DNA from: an uncultured delta proteobacterium
GTDB taxonomy: Bacteria; Desulfobacterota; WTBG01
Assembly: GCA_963793865.1 (NCBI GenBank)
Contig: CAWCBP010000001.1
Coordinates: forward strand, 736,001-800,000
DNA length: 64,000 bases
Reading direction: 5' to 3'
In this document: positions 29,219 to 39,795 of the stretch, piece after piece
Layout: every line of letters begins with the position of its first letter
Position numbering within the stretch: position 1 is the stretch's first letter
Position numbers and translations under genes: made by a program
The notes under the pieces: generated by a model
Databases searched by the model: none
What the model was told of the DNA's origin: nothing
The model's input: the letters and a program-made list of their open reading frames with translations, nothing else

Positions 29219-29324
29219 CTAAAGAAATGCCCGGCAGGTAATGTATGCCGGGCAAGGAATTTGCGGGTTTTTAGAAAAAGGGTGGCATCGCACAACAGGT
29301 ACAATACCCATGCGATCCGCGGGA

Positions 29325-30650
29325 TCAGGACATGATGGCACATCCCTGGTTGCAGCGTGTCCCGAGCGCAACAGATTTGGGCACGGAGCGCAGCGCCATC
29401 ATCCGCTGCATAATGTCCGGCCGTTCATCGGATATCTGCGGCAGAACCGCGGAGAAGGCCCTGCCGATGGTTTTCATGATCAGGAAGAAATTCATGGTGC
29501 CGGGCTGGGTTTCAGGAACCAGCTTGGCAAGATAATTGATGTCATCCTGCGAGAGAAAATCCTTAATCTCTCCTCCTCCGCTTGAGGCCAGTCGCTTTCC
29601 ATGGGGCTGATACAGGTATTTGTCCCACCAGGTTAAATAATTGGCAACCCCTTCCTGGTTGATCATGCCGCGGATGAGGGCTTCGGTTACCGCGTTGGCG
29701 GCGCTCCAGCCGGGCAGAATGGCGCCGGTGATGCTGGTTTCCTGCATCCAGCCGGAATCGCCCACCAGCAGAACATTGTCCTTAAAGGGCACTTGTAGCG
29801 GGGATGCGATGTTGGAGACGCAGCTGGCACGGTGGCCGATCTCCCTGGCATTCTTGAACCAGCCGGCATAGGGCTCGGAGGCCAGGAAGCGGTCAATTTC
29901 GGCATCGAGATCCTGGTACACATTGTAGCTTGCCGCCGCCACGTGGAAATGTCCCGGGACGATCTCCGGAGCCAGGGAAATGCTGCAATTCCAGCCCATG
30001 CAGAACATGAGCGTGTCTTCCTCGGGAACATTCGCGCCCTCGTAGACCCGGGCATAATCCTTGTACGTCCCCAGAAATAACCGCTCCTTGTTGAACCCCA
30101 GCTTGCGCGCGATCCGCGAATTGACGCCGTCGGCCGCAATCACGAATGTGCCCCGGTACTCGTTGCCGCGGTTGTCGGTGACCACCACGCAGTCCGCTTC
30201 CTTGCTGACGTTGTTGATGTTGGTGTCGGCAAACACCTCCACCCCGTATGCCCGGGCCTCATCCACCAGGGTCTGAACCAGATGCCCCTTGTCGATCATC
30301 ACTCCCACCACCCGGGCTTTATCTTTGTTTCTCTCCGGCACATCACCCATGCGAAAGCGTGACCCGTCGGGTGTCACAATGTGAAACCCGTAAATCTTGC
30401 GCGTCGGCCCGTCATAGTTGATGGTAAACCCGTTATGGGGAAAGATGAAGCGCTTGTTGCGGTAGGTTATGTACTCGCTGAAGTTTTCCTCATCGATATT
30501 GATGATCATCGTGCAGATCCTGCGGATTTTTCTGATCTCGGTTTTCCGCTCGATCAGGCACGCCTTGAGGCCGTTTTCACCGGCTACCTTTGCCGCCATG
30601 GCGCCGCCGGGTCCGGCGCCGACAATTACCAGATCATATACTTTTTTCAT
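29325..30650 (-). CDS. FAD-dependent oxidoreductase, geranylgeranyl-reductase/FixC-like
   Basis: IVGAGPGG, IAADGVNS, LLVGD motifs. Confidence 0.8.
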   Translation of the reverse strand: MKKVYDLVIVGAGPGGAMAAKVAGENGLKACLIERKTEIRKIRRICTMIINIDEENFSEYITYRNKRFIFPHNGFTINYDGPTRKIYGFHIVTPDGSRFRMGDVPERNKDKARVVGVMIDKGHLVQTLVDEARAYGVEVFADTNINNVSKEADCVVVTDNRGNEYRGTFVIAADGVNSRIARKLGFNKERLFLGTYKDYARVYEGANVPEEDTLMFCMGWNCSISLAPEIVPGHFHVAAASYNVYQDLDAEIDRFLASEPYAGWFKNAREIGHRASCVSNIASPLQVPFKDNVLLVGDSGWMQETSITGAILPGWSAANAVTEALIRGMINQEGVANYLTWWDKYLYQPHGKRLASSGGGEIKDFLSQDDINYLAKLVPETQPGTMNFFLIMKTIGRAFSAVLPQISDERPDIMQRMMALRSVPKSVALGTRCNQGCAIMS

Positions 30651-30673
30651 GTCATCACCACCTGCAAAGAGTT

Positions 30674-30853
30674 TTACGCCTCGGCAACCTCATGAGGCGC
30701 CTTTAAAGGGCATACCAGTGTACAGATGAGGCATTCCATGCAAATCTCCTTGTCGATGATCACCTCATCATTGATAACGTTAATAGCCGCCACCGGGCAG
30801 TGATCCACACACCCGCAGCATCCCGAACATTTTTCCTTATCGATCTCAACCAA
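30674..30853 (-). CDS. 2[4Fe-4S] ferredoxin
   Basis: GGAGG then TTG start; CSGCCGCVDHCP and CMECLICTLVCP; 59 aa. Confidence 0.88.
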   Translation of the reverse strand: MVEIDKEKCSGCCGCVDHCPVAAINVINDEVIIDKEICMECLICTLVCPLKAPHEVAEA

Positions 30854-30891
30854 GGTGCCACCTCCTCTAACCCCGGAGGGTATATGATGTT

Positions 30892-31647
30892 TTACTTCCT
30901 GCAGTTGTCGCAAATTGCGAAAAAGTCTTTGGGCAGCGGCTTTCCCTGTTCCATCAATTCCATGGGGGAGGGGGGAGGAAAAGGTTTGCCGCAGCTTTTG
31001 CACTGCTTCCAGGGAAACCGCACGTTCCAGTTGTGAATGAGACGTGCGGACCCCACTTCCTCGGCGCCTCCCGGCACGAGGGTTTTGGCGTCGCTTACAT
31101 CCTCCATGGTGATGCACTGCGCGGGACACACGGCCACGCAGGCGCCGCAGGCGATGCAGTCCGTCGCGGAGCGGTAGAGCGGGGCACAGACAAACTTGTT
31201 TGCGCCGTGACCGCTGAAGGTGATGGCATGGGCGCCCACGTATTCGCTGCACACATGCACGCACAGGCCGCAGAGGATGCACTTCTCATTGCCCCGGGTG
31301 AAGCGCTGTTTTTCAATGCCCATCTCGGCCGCGTACTCCCGGATTGCTTTCACATGGGGGGAGCGCGCCATCAGCAGTTCTATGATCATCTTGCGGATGG
31401 AGCGCAGTTTCTGCGAGTTGGTGGTAACGGACAGGCCTTCCTCCACCGGGTAGTTGCAGGAGGTCACGATCCGCTTCCGGCCGTTCTTTTCCACCTCCAC
31501 CACGCAGAGCCTGCAGTTTCCCAGACCGCTTAAACCCTGATGCGAACAGAGGGAGGGAATGGCTATTCCCGCATCCCGGGCCGCCTCCAGGATTGTCTTT
31601 TTACTGTCAACCTTTGTCTTCGTACCGTCCAGTGTTATGGTTACCAT
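30892..31647 (-). CDS. Short NuoG-N/HoxU-like Fe-S subunit
   Basis: IPSLC...NCRLC...SC, CILCGLCVHVC, CIACGACVAVCP, C-terminal CKSC...CDNC. Confidence 0.85.
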   Translation of the reverse strand: MVTITLDGTKTKVDSKKTILEAARDAGIAIPSLCSHQGLSGLGNCRLCVVEVEKNGRKRIVTSCNYPVEEGLSVTTNSQKLRSIRKMIIELLMARSPHVKAIREYAAEMGIEKQRFTRGNEKCILCGLCVHVCSEYVGAHAITFSGHGANKFVCAPLYRSATDCIACGACVAVCPAQCITMEDVSDAKTLVPGGAEEVGSARLIHNWNVRFPWKQCKSCGKPFPPPSPMELMEQGKPLPKDFFAICDNCRK

Positions 31648-31677
31648 TATCTGCTCCCTTGTATAGCCGTCCGCCCG

Positions 31678-33410
31678 CTACATGCTGCAGCGTTTGGCCG
31701 GACACACCTGCTGAACAATATGTGTCTGATATTCATCCATGAAGTGCCGAAGGGTGGACACAACCACCTGGGGCGCTGATTTTCCCAGATCGCAGAGCGA
31801 GGCTGAGGTGAGGCACTCCGCCAGCTCGTTGAGCAATGCGATGTCCTCCTCCGTGCCCGTGGCGATGCTGATCCCCTCCACAACCTCCTTCATCCGCTTG
31901 ACCCCTTCCCTGCAGGGCACGCATCTGCCGCATGATTCCTCTTCCAGAAAGGAAAGGAAGTACTTGGCCATATCCACCATGCAGGTTTTCTGGTCCATCA
32001 CGATCAGGCCGCCGGAACCGAGCAGCGAACCGGCCGCTGAAAGCTCCTCGAAACCAAGCGGTATCCCCGCGTCCTTCGCCGGAAGAATGCCCGCGGGCGG
32101 ACCGCCCAGCTGGAATGCCTTGAGGCTGCTTCCTGACGGCAGGCCTCCTCCCAGCTTGTTGATGATATCCTTGATGGGCATGCCCATGGGAACTTCAACC
32201 AGGCAGGGCTTGTTGACGTTGCCGGAAATGGAGATGACCTTGGTGCCGGCGCTCTTGGCTGTCCCGATGGATGAGTACCAGCCGGCGCCGCGCATGATGA
32301 TGGGGGCAACGTTGCACCAGGTCTCAACATTGTTTAAGTTGGTCGGTCCGTCCCAGAGCCCTTTCTCCGCGGTGTGAATATATTTGGGTCGGGGTTCACC
32401 CGCCCTTCCTTCAAGTGATGCCATGAGTGCCGTTGATTCGCCGCAGACGTATCCCCCGGCTCCCTCCTTCAGGGTGAGTGAAAAGTTAAACCCGCTCCCG
32501 AAGATGTTTTCGCCCAGCAGCCCGTACTCATACGCCTGCTCAATGGCCCGCTGCAGCTTCTCCCTGGCTCCCTCGTTGCCGTGGTGCAGATAGATGTAGC
32601 CTTCCTGCGCGCCGATGGCATAGCCGCCGATAATGATGCCCTCGACGATACTGTGCGGATCGGATTCGATGATGCTTTTATGCATGCCGATGCCCGGGTC
32701 TCCCTCACTGCAGTTGCAGAGCACATACTTCTGCTTGCCATGGGCCTCACGGCAGGCCTTCCATTTATTCCCGGTGGGAAATCCTCCGCCTCCACGGCCG
32801 CGCAAATTGGCCTTGGTCACCGTTTCGATAATCTCTTCCGGTTTCATCTTGGTCACCGCCTTGAGCAGAGCGGCGTAGCCTCCCCGGGCGACATATTCCT
32901 CGATGCTTAAGGGGTCGATCACACCCGCGTTGCGCATGGCGATGCGCAGCTGGGCCTTGAAAAAAGGACTGTCCTCTGGCGGCAGGGACTGATTTGACCT
33001 CGGCGGGAGTTTTTGAGGCGTAGGTGAAGGACTTGCCGTTTACGGCAAGTATTTCTTCGTTCGTCCGGTACAGGAGGTTCTTTTTCTGCGGCTTGCCCTT
33101 GGCAAGCGACTTGACCAGGGCGGGCACCATATCCGCGGTAATGCTGCCATAGGTGAGCTTCGGCTTGCCGGGCATGAGGATTTCCACCAGCGGTTCCTCA
33201 TAGCACATGCCGATGCAGCCCACTCGAACGATGCGCCCGTCAAGTCCCTGGGCCTTCAGCTCCTTCTCAAATGCCGCTATCACCTCTTTCGCGCCCCGTG
33301 CCAGACCGCACCGGGAGGCGCCCACCTGTATCCTGATGCCGCCGGGAAAGAGCAGCTTCTCTCCCGCAGCTTTTAGCTTGTTCAATTCTCGTGACGGATT
33401 CTATCTTCAT
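31678..33410 (-). CDS. NuoF/HoxF-like flavoprotein subunit (frameshifts near 33390 and 32960)
   Basis: VGCIGMC, GRGGGGFPTG, CNCSEGDPG, ESCGRCVPC...C, H...CPAKRC; no terminal 2[4Fe-4S] domain. Confidence 0.85.
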
Positions 33411-33411
33411 C

Positions 33412-33861
33412 TCACTTCTCGCTTTTTAATTTGATTATGGTATTCCTGGCCGCCTCTTTATCAAGCAGCTTCCCGTCGATTTCCACCGCCGGTGCCGCCG
33501 TGCAGCAGCCCAGGCAGTGAACCGGCTGGAGGTCGCAGACGGCTTCAGCACCTTCCTTTTCGATGGTCTCCTTGAGATCGCTCATTACCTCTGAGCCGCG
33601 TTTGACATGACAGGCGGTGCCCTGGCACACCTTCACCGCGTGCTTTCCCTGCGCGGGAGGCTGCATGCTGAAGGCATTGCCAAAATAGCTTACCGTCCTG
33701 AACACCTCGCTTACCGGCAGCTTCAGCCTGCTGCTCAGGTGATTCATGGCCACATCGGCTATGTATCCATCTGCGCGCTGTATCTCGTGCAGAATGGAAA
33801 TCAGCGCCCCTTTCTCATTACGGTGGCGATCTATTAACTCGTCCAGCTTCTTCACATCCAT
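33412..33861 (-). CDS. NuoE-like [2Fe-2S] subunit
   Basis: CQGTACH...CLGCC. Confidence 0.9.
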   Translation of the reverse strand: MDVKKLDELIDRHRNEKGALISILHEIQRADGYIADVAMNHLSSRLKLPVSEVFRTVSYFGNAFSMQPPAQGKHAVKVCQGTACHVKRGSEVMSDLKETIEKEGAEAVCDLQPVHCLGCCTAAPAVEIDGKLLDKEAARNTIIKLKSEK

Positions 33862-33950
33862 GAATGACTCCCGAAGTCTTTAGATGGTATTGGGTTCCTG
33901 AACAATGAATAACTCGATTAGAGAATCAAATAGTTTTATAATCGAACTAT

Positions 33951-33980
33951 CTTATAGTCTGTCCTTCGCTGCACTGTCAA
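33951..33980 (-). promoter_or_regulatory. Putative sigma70 promoter of the second nuoEFG-like operon
   Basis: TTGACA-18 bp-TATAAG on minus strand, followed by palindromes. Confidence 0.5.
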
Positions 33981-34015
33981 GAACAATTTTTTAAAAAAAG
34001 CGACGAAACCTTCTC

Positions 34016-34588
34016 CTAATCCTGGCCAATTATGTAATCGCCCTCAAAACGCACTGATCTGATGTGGAGGCCTTTCACCCCCCCATAGCCGGGATACACG
34101 TCTCCGCAGATCTCTATTTCCCTTCCGGTCATGGGGACCAGCGTCGCCCAGGTAAACAGCTTTTTCCCGCTCGTTTTTTGTTCCTCAGTGAATACCCGGT
34201 GGATACGCAAAGCCTGCTCGCTTTCGGAGACTTTTTGGCCCTTTGGGGCAGGTGGGATAGTAAAGGGTGCCATCCTTGCTGAGGATAAACAGCTTGCTGT
34301 TCCGTTCGGCGCTTATAGCGGCAGCCCGAAATTCTTCCTTGGTATAAGGCTCTCCATAGGGCTTGTTTTGCGGTTCGGTAGTGCCGTTAAAGAGCGAATT
34401 CCCTTCGACAATGACCCCGGTTATTATTTTTCCTTCTTTTTCAGCAGCTAAAAACTCCTGCTCGATCATCTTCATCCGCTCCGCATAAGGTGTTTTATAC
34501 ACCTCTGCCTCTTCTACTTCGCCTTCAGTCAGACAAGCGCTGAGCATGGCTAGTAACATCATAGCGGTAACAATTTCAGATATTTCAT
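34016..34588 (-). CDS. Hypothetical lipoprotein (frameshifted)
   Basis: GGAGG RBS, ATG 34588, lipobox LSAC; pieced from overlapping ORFs 34185-34562 and 34016-34273. Confidence 0.55.
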
Positions 34589-34638
34589 GGCGACCTCCTT
34601 ATTCAATACGGTTCATAATCAAATAGGCGATGAGGTTG

Positions 34639-35513
34639 TTATACTACATCCTTTGACTCGATCATCCCTTCTTTTTTCCGGCGCAAATCTTTTACAATCA
34701 GGTAGGTGGAAATCACAAAACCGGCTATGATAACCGACATAATCTTCCAGTTGATGTGCACCCAGGGCTCCTTGAGCATGCCCCACTTGGCAAGAATCTC
34801 CACGTCATTCCAGAGAACGGTAACAGTGGGAATGGAGTAACGCAGGTTGGCGCCGAATTTGTCATAGCCAATAAGCTTGTATACCAGGTAGAAGAAAACA
34901 GAAAAGGAGACAAAAAAGAGGGCATAGCAGAACCAGGAATGGGGACCGAATATCTGGTCATCATAGGCAATCATCAGCAACAAATAGCCTGCCCAGGTGA
35001 TCTAATATATTCAAAAGCGGTACGGGGTCCATAATTATCAATCTTTCCCGTGGCCACAACCCCCCTCATAAGCCGCAAGCTTGCGCCTCAGAAAATAAAT
35101 GAAGTTGCAGCGCACGCTCTCCTGGTAAATCAGATAGGTAAAAACCATGAGAAATGCCATGAGACTCCATTCCATAAGGCGGTACTCGGGATAGCTGCCG
35201 TTGAAGGTATAGGTAACACCCGGTGCGGTGCCCTCCATACATGAGACTGTACTCCCATGCAAACCAGAGGCCCAGGCCGCCCAATATTCCCCAGAAGCTC
35301 TGCCACCCGTCACGCTTTAACCAGCGGGTCATATAAATGGTCAGAAAACCGATAATGGCGCAGGACCACGCATAATTCATATTTTATGACAGGGTTATGC
35401 TTTTCAATCAGCACCATTATGATGTGGGCTATGGCGGCAAGCGCGAAAATCCACACCAGCGATACGGATGTATAGAACAGAGACTTGATGCTTACAATTT
35501 TTTGTTTTGCCAT
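34639..35513 (-). CDS. Hypothetical polytopic membrane protein (several frameshifts)
   Basis: GGAGG RBS; four overlapping hydrophobic ORFs in different frames form one continuous protein. Confidence 0.6.
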
Positions 35514-35909
35514 TGGCGTACCTCCCGTAACAGTGTTCAATGCGGTGTTGACTTTAATGCAGTGATAAATTGATTAGATGTTAAGCCTGGTGGTTTTCAA
35601 TAAGGGTTAGTCTGTTGGAAAGTTCCTGATTCTAGGGATGGCTGCAGGGAGTGAACAACTGTCTTATCATATGCCTGCAGGTTGAAGGGGAAAAGAGAGG
35701 AATGGCAGAGGGGGTCAGAAGTATGCTCTTTGTGTTGAAAATTGTTTTTCTGAAACTGCTGCATGACATATAAACTGCTGACATTTGCTTGTCGTGAATG
35801 AATGAGCAAACGGGCACATAATAAAATATACAAAAGAGGGAATAATCAAGACAATGGTAAGAAGGGCTATTTTTTTCAGGGGCATGCCAGCATCTCCTGA
35901 TGCGCGGTG

Positions 35910-36278
35910 TCAGGGATGTTTTATTCTTTTGTGAAGCGAACCCATGACCGGAATCAGCAACTGGTACATTTCGTTAAACAGCTTTTTGCCGAACGGGGTA
36001 ATTGCATAATACTTGCGGTCTGCACCGCGCTGGGAATGTTCCCGCTGGCTTTTCAAGAAACCCTGCTGTTCAAGCGTGCGAAGTTTCTTGTAGAGATTGT
36101 TCCGATCGATGTCGAAGGTGCCGCTGGTGATATTCAGGATTTCGTCCTTTATTTCGTATGCATACCGCTGCTGCTGAGTAATCAGATACAGTATGACGAA
36201 CTGGAGAAAACCCCGCTTGAGATCGAAAACAAGCTGGTCGGTCTGCTTTTGTATGCTGGCCTGCTGATCTGTGGTCAT
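35910..36278 (-). CDS. PadR family transcriptional regulator
   Basis: LKRGFLQFVIL, YAYEI, LYKKLRTLE, RKYYAITPFG. Confidence 0.9.
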   Translation of the reverse strand: MTTDQQASIQKQTDQLVFDLKRGFLQFVILYLITQQQRYAYEIKDEILNITSGTFDIDRNNLYKKLRTLEQQGFLKSQREHSQRGADRKYYAITPFGKKLFNEMYQLLIPVMGSLHKRIKHP

Positions 36279-36332
36279 GTCGTAAAAAGAATGAGTTGTG
36301 TAATCAATATTGATGAGCTATCATTCTTAATG

Positions 36333-36376
36333 ATGTATTCAGTAGCACTAATACCTTAGAAATACATATTTGTCAA
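36333..36376 (-). promoter_or_regulatory. padR promoter with overlapping inverted repeat
   Basis: TTGACA-17 bp-TATTAG; ATGTATT...AATACAT arms at 36333-36339 and 36361-36367. Confidence 0.5.
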
Positions 36377-36503
36377 GAAAAAAAGAGGAGGGGTTCAGTA
36401 GCGGGTATGGCTTGGCAACACCATGAATTATAATGGAAATTAAAAATCGCATACCAGGGGCAATGAATAATTATCTTGTTTGGCGCGCAAGAAAACAGCA
36501 GAG

Positions 36504-36537
36504 AAAAAAGAGCCCCGTCACTATTGTGGCGGGGCTC
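36504..36537 (-). terminator. Rho-independent terminator
   Basis: GAGCCCCGCCAC-AATA-GTGACGGGGCTC followed by T6 on minus strand, 30 bp after the stop at 36568. Confidence 0.85.
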
Positions 36538-36567
36538 GATGTGATTCAAGCTATGTTGACCTTTTGA

Positions 36568-38011
36568 TTACGCCTTTGCCTGGCTTAAAACCGAATCGCA
36601 TGCCTGGTAAAAGGCCTCAATCACGTGCTTCTGGTACTTGCCCACCGGAACGCCGTTGTAGATAACATGGGTCTTCCCCTGGATCATTTCCCTGGTGTAG
36701 GGAACAGACCAGTCAGGGTAATCAACCGCATCATCAATGTTGTACTTGTCAAAGTTTTCAAAACATTTCATGGCGTGATGCATGAGCGTGTCTGAATTTT
36801 CGGCAAAAAACTCGATGGGGAGACCGATGGCATAGTCATAGTTGTCCTTGACCGCATTCCAGTACGCGCGGTTGGTGGAAAGGTACTTCTCCTTGGGGTC
36901 CCAGATGGGATCGGCAAACTCATCCTGACAGTTGACCACATTGGTGCGGCCGAACTTGTATCCCTTGACCATGGACTGGACCTCTTCGAACAGCTTGTCC
37001 CGGTAGGCAGGAGCAAGCTGCAGCCACGCCTCCCAATTGAAAGCGTCCCAGGGCATGCCATGCACGGTAACCGCCACGGTTACATCTGAACCCTGAGGTA
37101 TGGTGTCGAGCCTGTCCTTGAGCATATCCAGGAAAGCCTGGCGAAGCGGCTGATAGTTGCCCATCTGCGGCCCGATGATCACCTTAACCTTTTTGCCGGG
37201 ATGCTTCTGCTTCCATTCCTCGATATACTCGAAGCAGTGGCGGAAGCCTGAGTTAAATTCTTCAAAGTGGGAATAAATGCCCATGGGTGCGATAAGGACG
37301 ATGGTCTCGCATCCCGCATCCAGCAGTTCGTGGAGCTTTTGCTTCATTTCATAAAAAAACATGTTGGTTTCAGAGCGGAATTCAGCAGCGGGATACTTCT
37401 GACGCAGCCGGTCAAAGGCGGTGTTTATAATTTTAAAGCTTTCCTCCCAGTGGGGAAGTTTCCTTTGCTTGATGCCGCTTCCGTAGTAATACAAGCGGGA
37501 CTTGTTGCCGACCTTACCGCAGAGCGAAGGTTCTCCGCAGGGCCGGCCCTTATAAAGAAATAGCCATGGTCAAGGTAGATGCGGGAGGACGGCGTGGCAC
37601 CCAAACCACCTTGCCCTCGCGGTATTTTGCTATATAAGGTGTGCCGTCAAGATCCCGATCATTGCCGAAGGCATCCTCGAGACGGGTTGGGGTGAATTCT
37701 TTTCTGGCATGGCAATGGGCCGGATCAAGCAGGGCAACACCATTGTCCTTGAGGGCCAGGACATTGAAGGGCCAGGGAACCACCGCTTTAAAAACCTTGT
37801 GAATGATGTTATGAAAAAAAGCATGGTTGTGGTTTGTGGGCATGATCAGCGCGGTGGCGAAAACACCGATTTTGCCTTCGGGTTTGGTGTCCTGTGTTTT
37901 AAAATATTCGTAATAGTCGGGCTTTTTGGGCAAGTTCTTGTATTTGAAAAGTCCGTAAAAGCCCCCGATGATCACCAGCAGCACGATCACAATGGTTATT
38001 AAAATTGCCAT
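36568..38011 (-). CDS. N-terminally membrane-anchored ferrochelatase-like (class II chelatase fold) protein, frameshift near 37590
   Basis: GGAGG RBS, N-terminal TM, TVHGMP and LPIEFFAENSDTL resembling HemH SAHGLP and PIGFxSDHxETL. Confidence 0.6.
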
Positions 38012-38090
38012 ATCATTCCTCCTGTTCTAAAAACGTGTTGTACATGGTTTGAAATGGTACAGTGCCGTATTTCCACAAACCTCTTTGTTT

Positions 38091-38495
38091 TTACTGTGTT
38101 TTGATGGCACAGGGCAGGCCGGAGGTGATTTCCGATTGCTCGCGGCTTCCGCTGATGGTCATAATTTTAACGCGGCCCCGGTTGTACCATTCGACGGTTC
38201 CTGTTTTTTCACCCGTTTTAGAGAGGAGCCATTCAAGCGACGAGCGGGCGATGCGATTTCGTGTGTCCTCGTTTTTAAAAGCCCCGCAGAAGGAGCATTC
38301 GTCAATAGACAATTTCAGCGTGCTGTTGTCAGAAATCGAGGCATCAAAGACCTGATTTTTGGCGAAGCCGAGTGCCGCAGTGTATTCTGAGATGAGGTCC
38401 GGCTGATCTGCAGCAGCAACTAAATATAAATTGCTTCCGGCAATCAGCACGCACATGAAGATTAAAACGCTCAAGGTCAGTTTGTTGTGCTGCAT
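38091..38495 (-). CDS. Hypothetical exported protein
   Basis: Signal peptide, CSFC motif. Confidence 0.55.
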   Translation of the reverse strand: MQHNKLTLSVLIFMCVLIAGSNLYLVAAADQPDLISEYTAALGFAKNQVFDASISDNSTLKLSIDECSFCGAFKNEDTRNRIARSSLEWLLSKTGEKTGTVEWYNRGRVKIMTISGSREQSEITSGLPCAIKTQ

Positions 38496-38775
38496 AGCAA
38501 GCGCCTTTTAAATTTTTTGTAGTCCACTGATCACCATTTAGATGGCACGTTCTGCTAAGAGGGAGACATGAACATCAGCTGCCAATTTTGATGCACTTAA
38601 CGTATCTTATCATATGTGTCAAGAAAATATTTTTTCCGCCGGATTGCGACTGCGCTTCGATAAGACACTAAATAAGTGTTTTTTGCAACGGATAACTATG
38701 ATATAGAAGAGCACGCAACAAATAAAAAATATTATGTATTTTTTAAAGTGCCTATTTGCTGAGGAGTGCTGCAAC

Positions 38776-39795
38776 GTGATTGTTCTGGGTATTGAATCAT
38801 CCTGCGATGAGACGGCAGCGGCCGTGGTACAAGACGGAAAGACAATCCTGTCCTCCGTGGTTGCGTCCCAGGTTGACTTTCACAAAAAATATGGCGGCGT
38901 CGTGCCGGAGATTGCCTCACGCAAGCATATTGAGGCCATAGGGCCGGTGATACGGGAGGCTATGGAAAAGGCCAATCTGACGCTTGATGATATACAGGGT
39001 ATTGCAGTAACACAGGGACCGGGTCTGGTCGGTTCCCTGCTGATCGGCATTTCCGTTGCCAAGGCCATTGCTTACGTCAAGCAATTGCCCCTGGTCGGAA
39101 TCAATCACCTGGAGGGTCACCTCACCGCTATTTTTCTGGAACGGCCCGACTGCACCTTTCCATTTATAGGCCTGGTGGTTTCAGGCGGACACACCAGCCT
39201 GTACCATGTCCATGGCATGGGTCAGTACCGGTTGCTTGGTCAAACCAGGGATGATGCGGCAGGCGAGGCGTTTGACAAGGTCGCGAAACTGCTGGGCCTC
39301 GGTTATCCGGGAGGGGCGGTTATAGACCGGATGTCCCGTGAGGGAAACGCTGACGCCATAGCTTTTCCCCGCGCGCTGCTTGGCAGGGATTCACTCGATT
39401 TCAGCTTCAGCGGCATCAAGACGGCCGTGTTGCGCTATGTCAGAGATCGTGACGGCACGCTTGACGCCCTGCCGGTCAGTGATATTGTTGCCGGCTTTCA
39501 GGAGGCGGTAATCGACGTGCTGGTGACGAAGCTGTTTCAGGCTGCCGCCCGGCATGGCGCTCAGCGGGTGGTTATAGCCGGTGGCGTTGCGGCAAACACG
39601 CGCCTGAGGGAAAAGATGACTGCGCGGAGCGAACAGGACAACATAACCTTATTTATTCCTTCACCTGTTCTGTGCACCGACAATGCGGCCATGATTGCTG
39701 CTGCAGGAGACTTTTATCTTGAACAGGGTCTTACCAGCCCACTTTCCATGAATGCCTATTCCCGCCTCCCCCTGGGCGTGCCGCAAGCCCCCTAA
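38776..39795 (+). CDS. tsaD: tRNA N6-adenosine threonylcarbamoyltransferase
   Basis: LGIESSCDET, GGVVPEIASRKH, NHLEGH, VSGGHT, DDAAGEAFDK, TDNAAMI; GAGGAG then GTG. Confidence 0.96.
   Translation: MIVLGIESSCDETAAAVVQDGKTILSSVVASQVDFHKKYGGVVPEIASRKHIEAIGPVIREAMEKANLTLDDIQGIAVTQGPGLVGSLLIGISVAKAIAYVKQLPLVGINHLEGHLTAIFLERPDCTFPFIGLVVSGGHTSLYHVHGMGQYRLLGQTRDDAAGEAFDKVAKLLGLGYPGGAVIDRMSREGNADAIAFPRALLGRDSLDFSFSGIKTAVLRYVRDRDGTLDALPVSDIVAGFQEAVIDVLVTKLFQAAARHGAQRVVIAGGVAANTRLREKMTARSEQDNITLFIPSPVLCTDNAAMIAAAGDFYLEQGLTSPLSMNAYSRLPLGVPQAP

Noticed and set aside
30674..31282. 202 aa ferredoxin ORF from the track
   Set aside because: The N-terminal part overlaps the upstream gene out of frame; a GGAGG RBS supports a TTG start at 30853.
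38543..38556. Sigma54-like TGGCACGTTCTGCT
   Set aside because: The GG-to-GC spacing is 8 nt, not the required 10.
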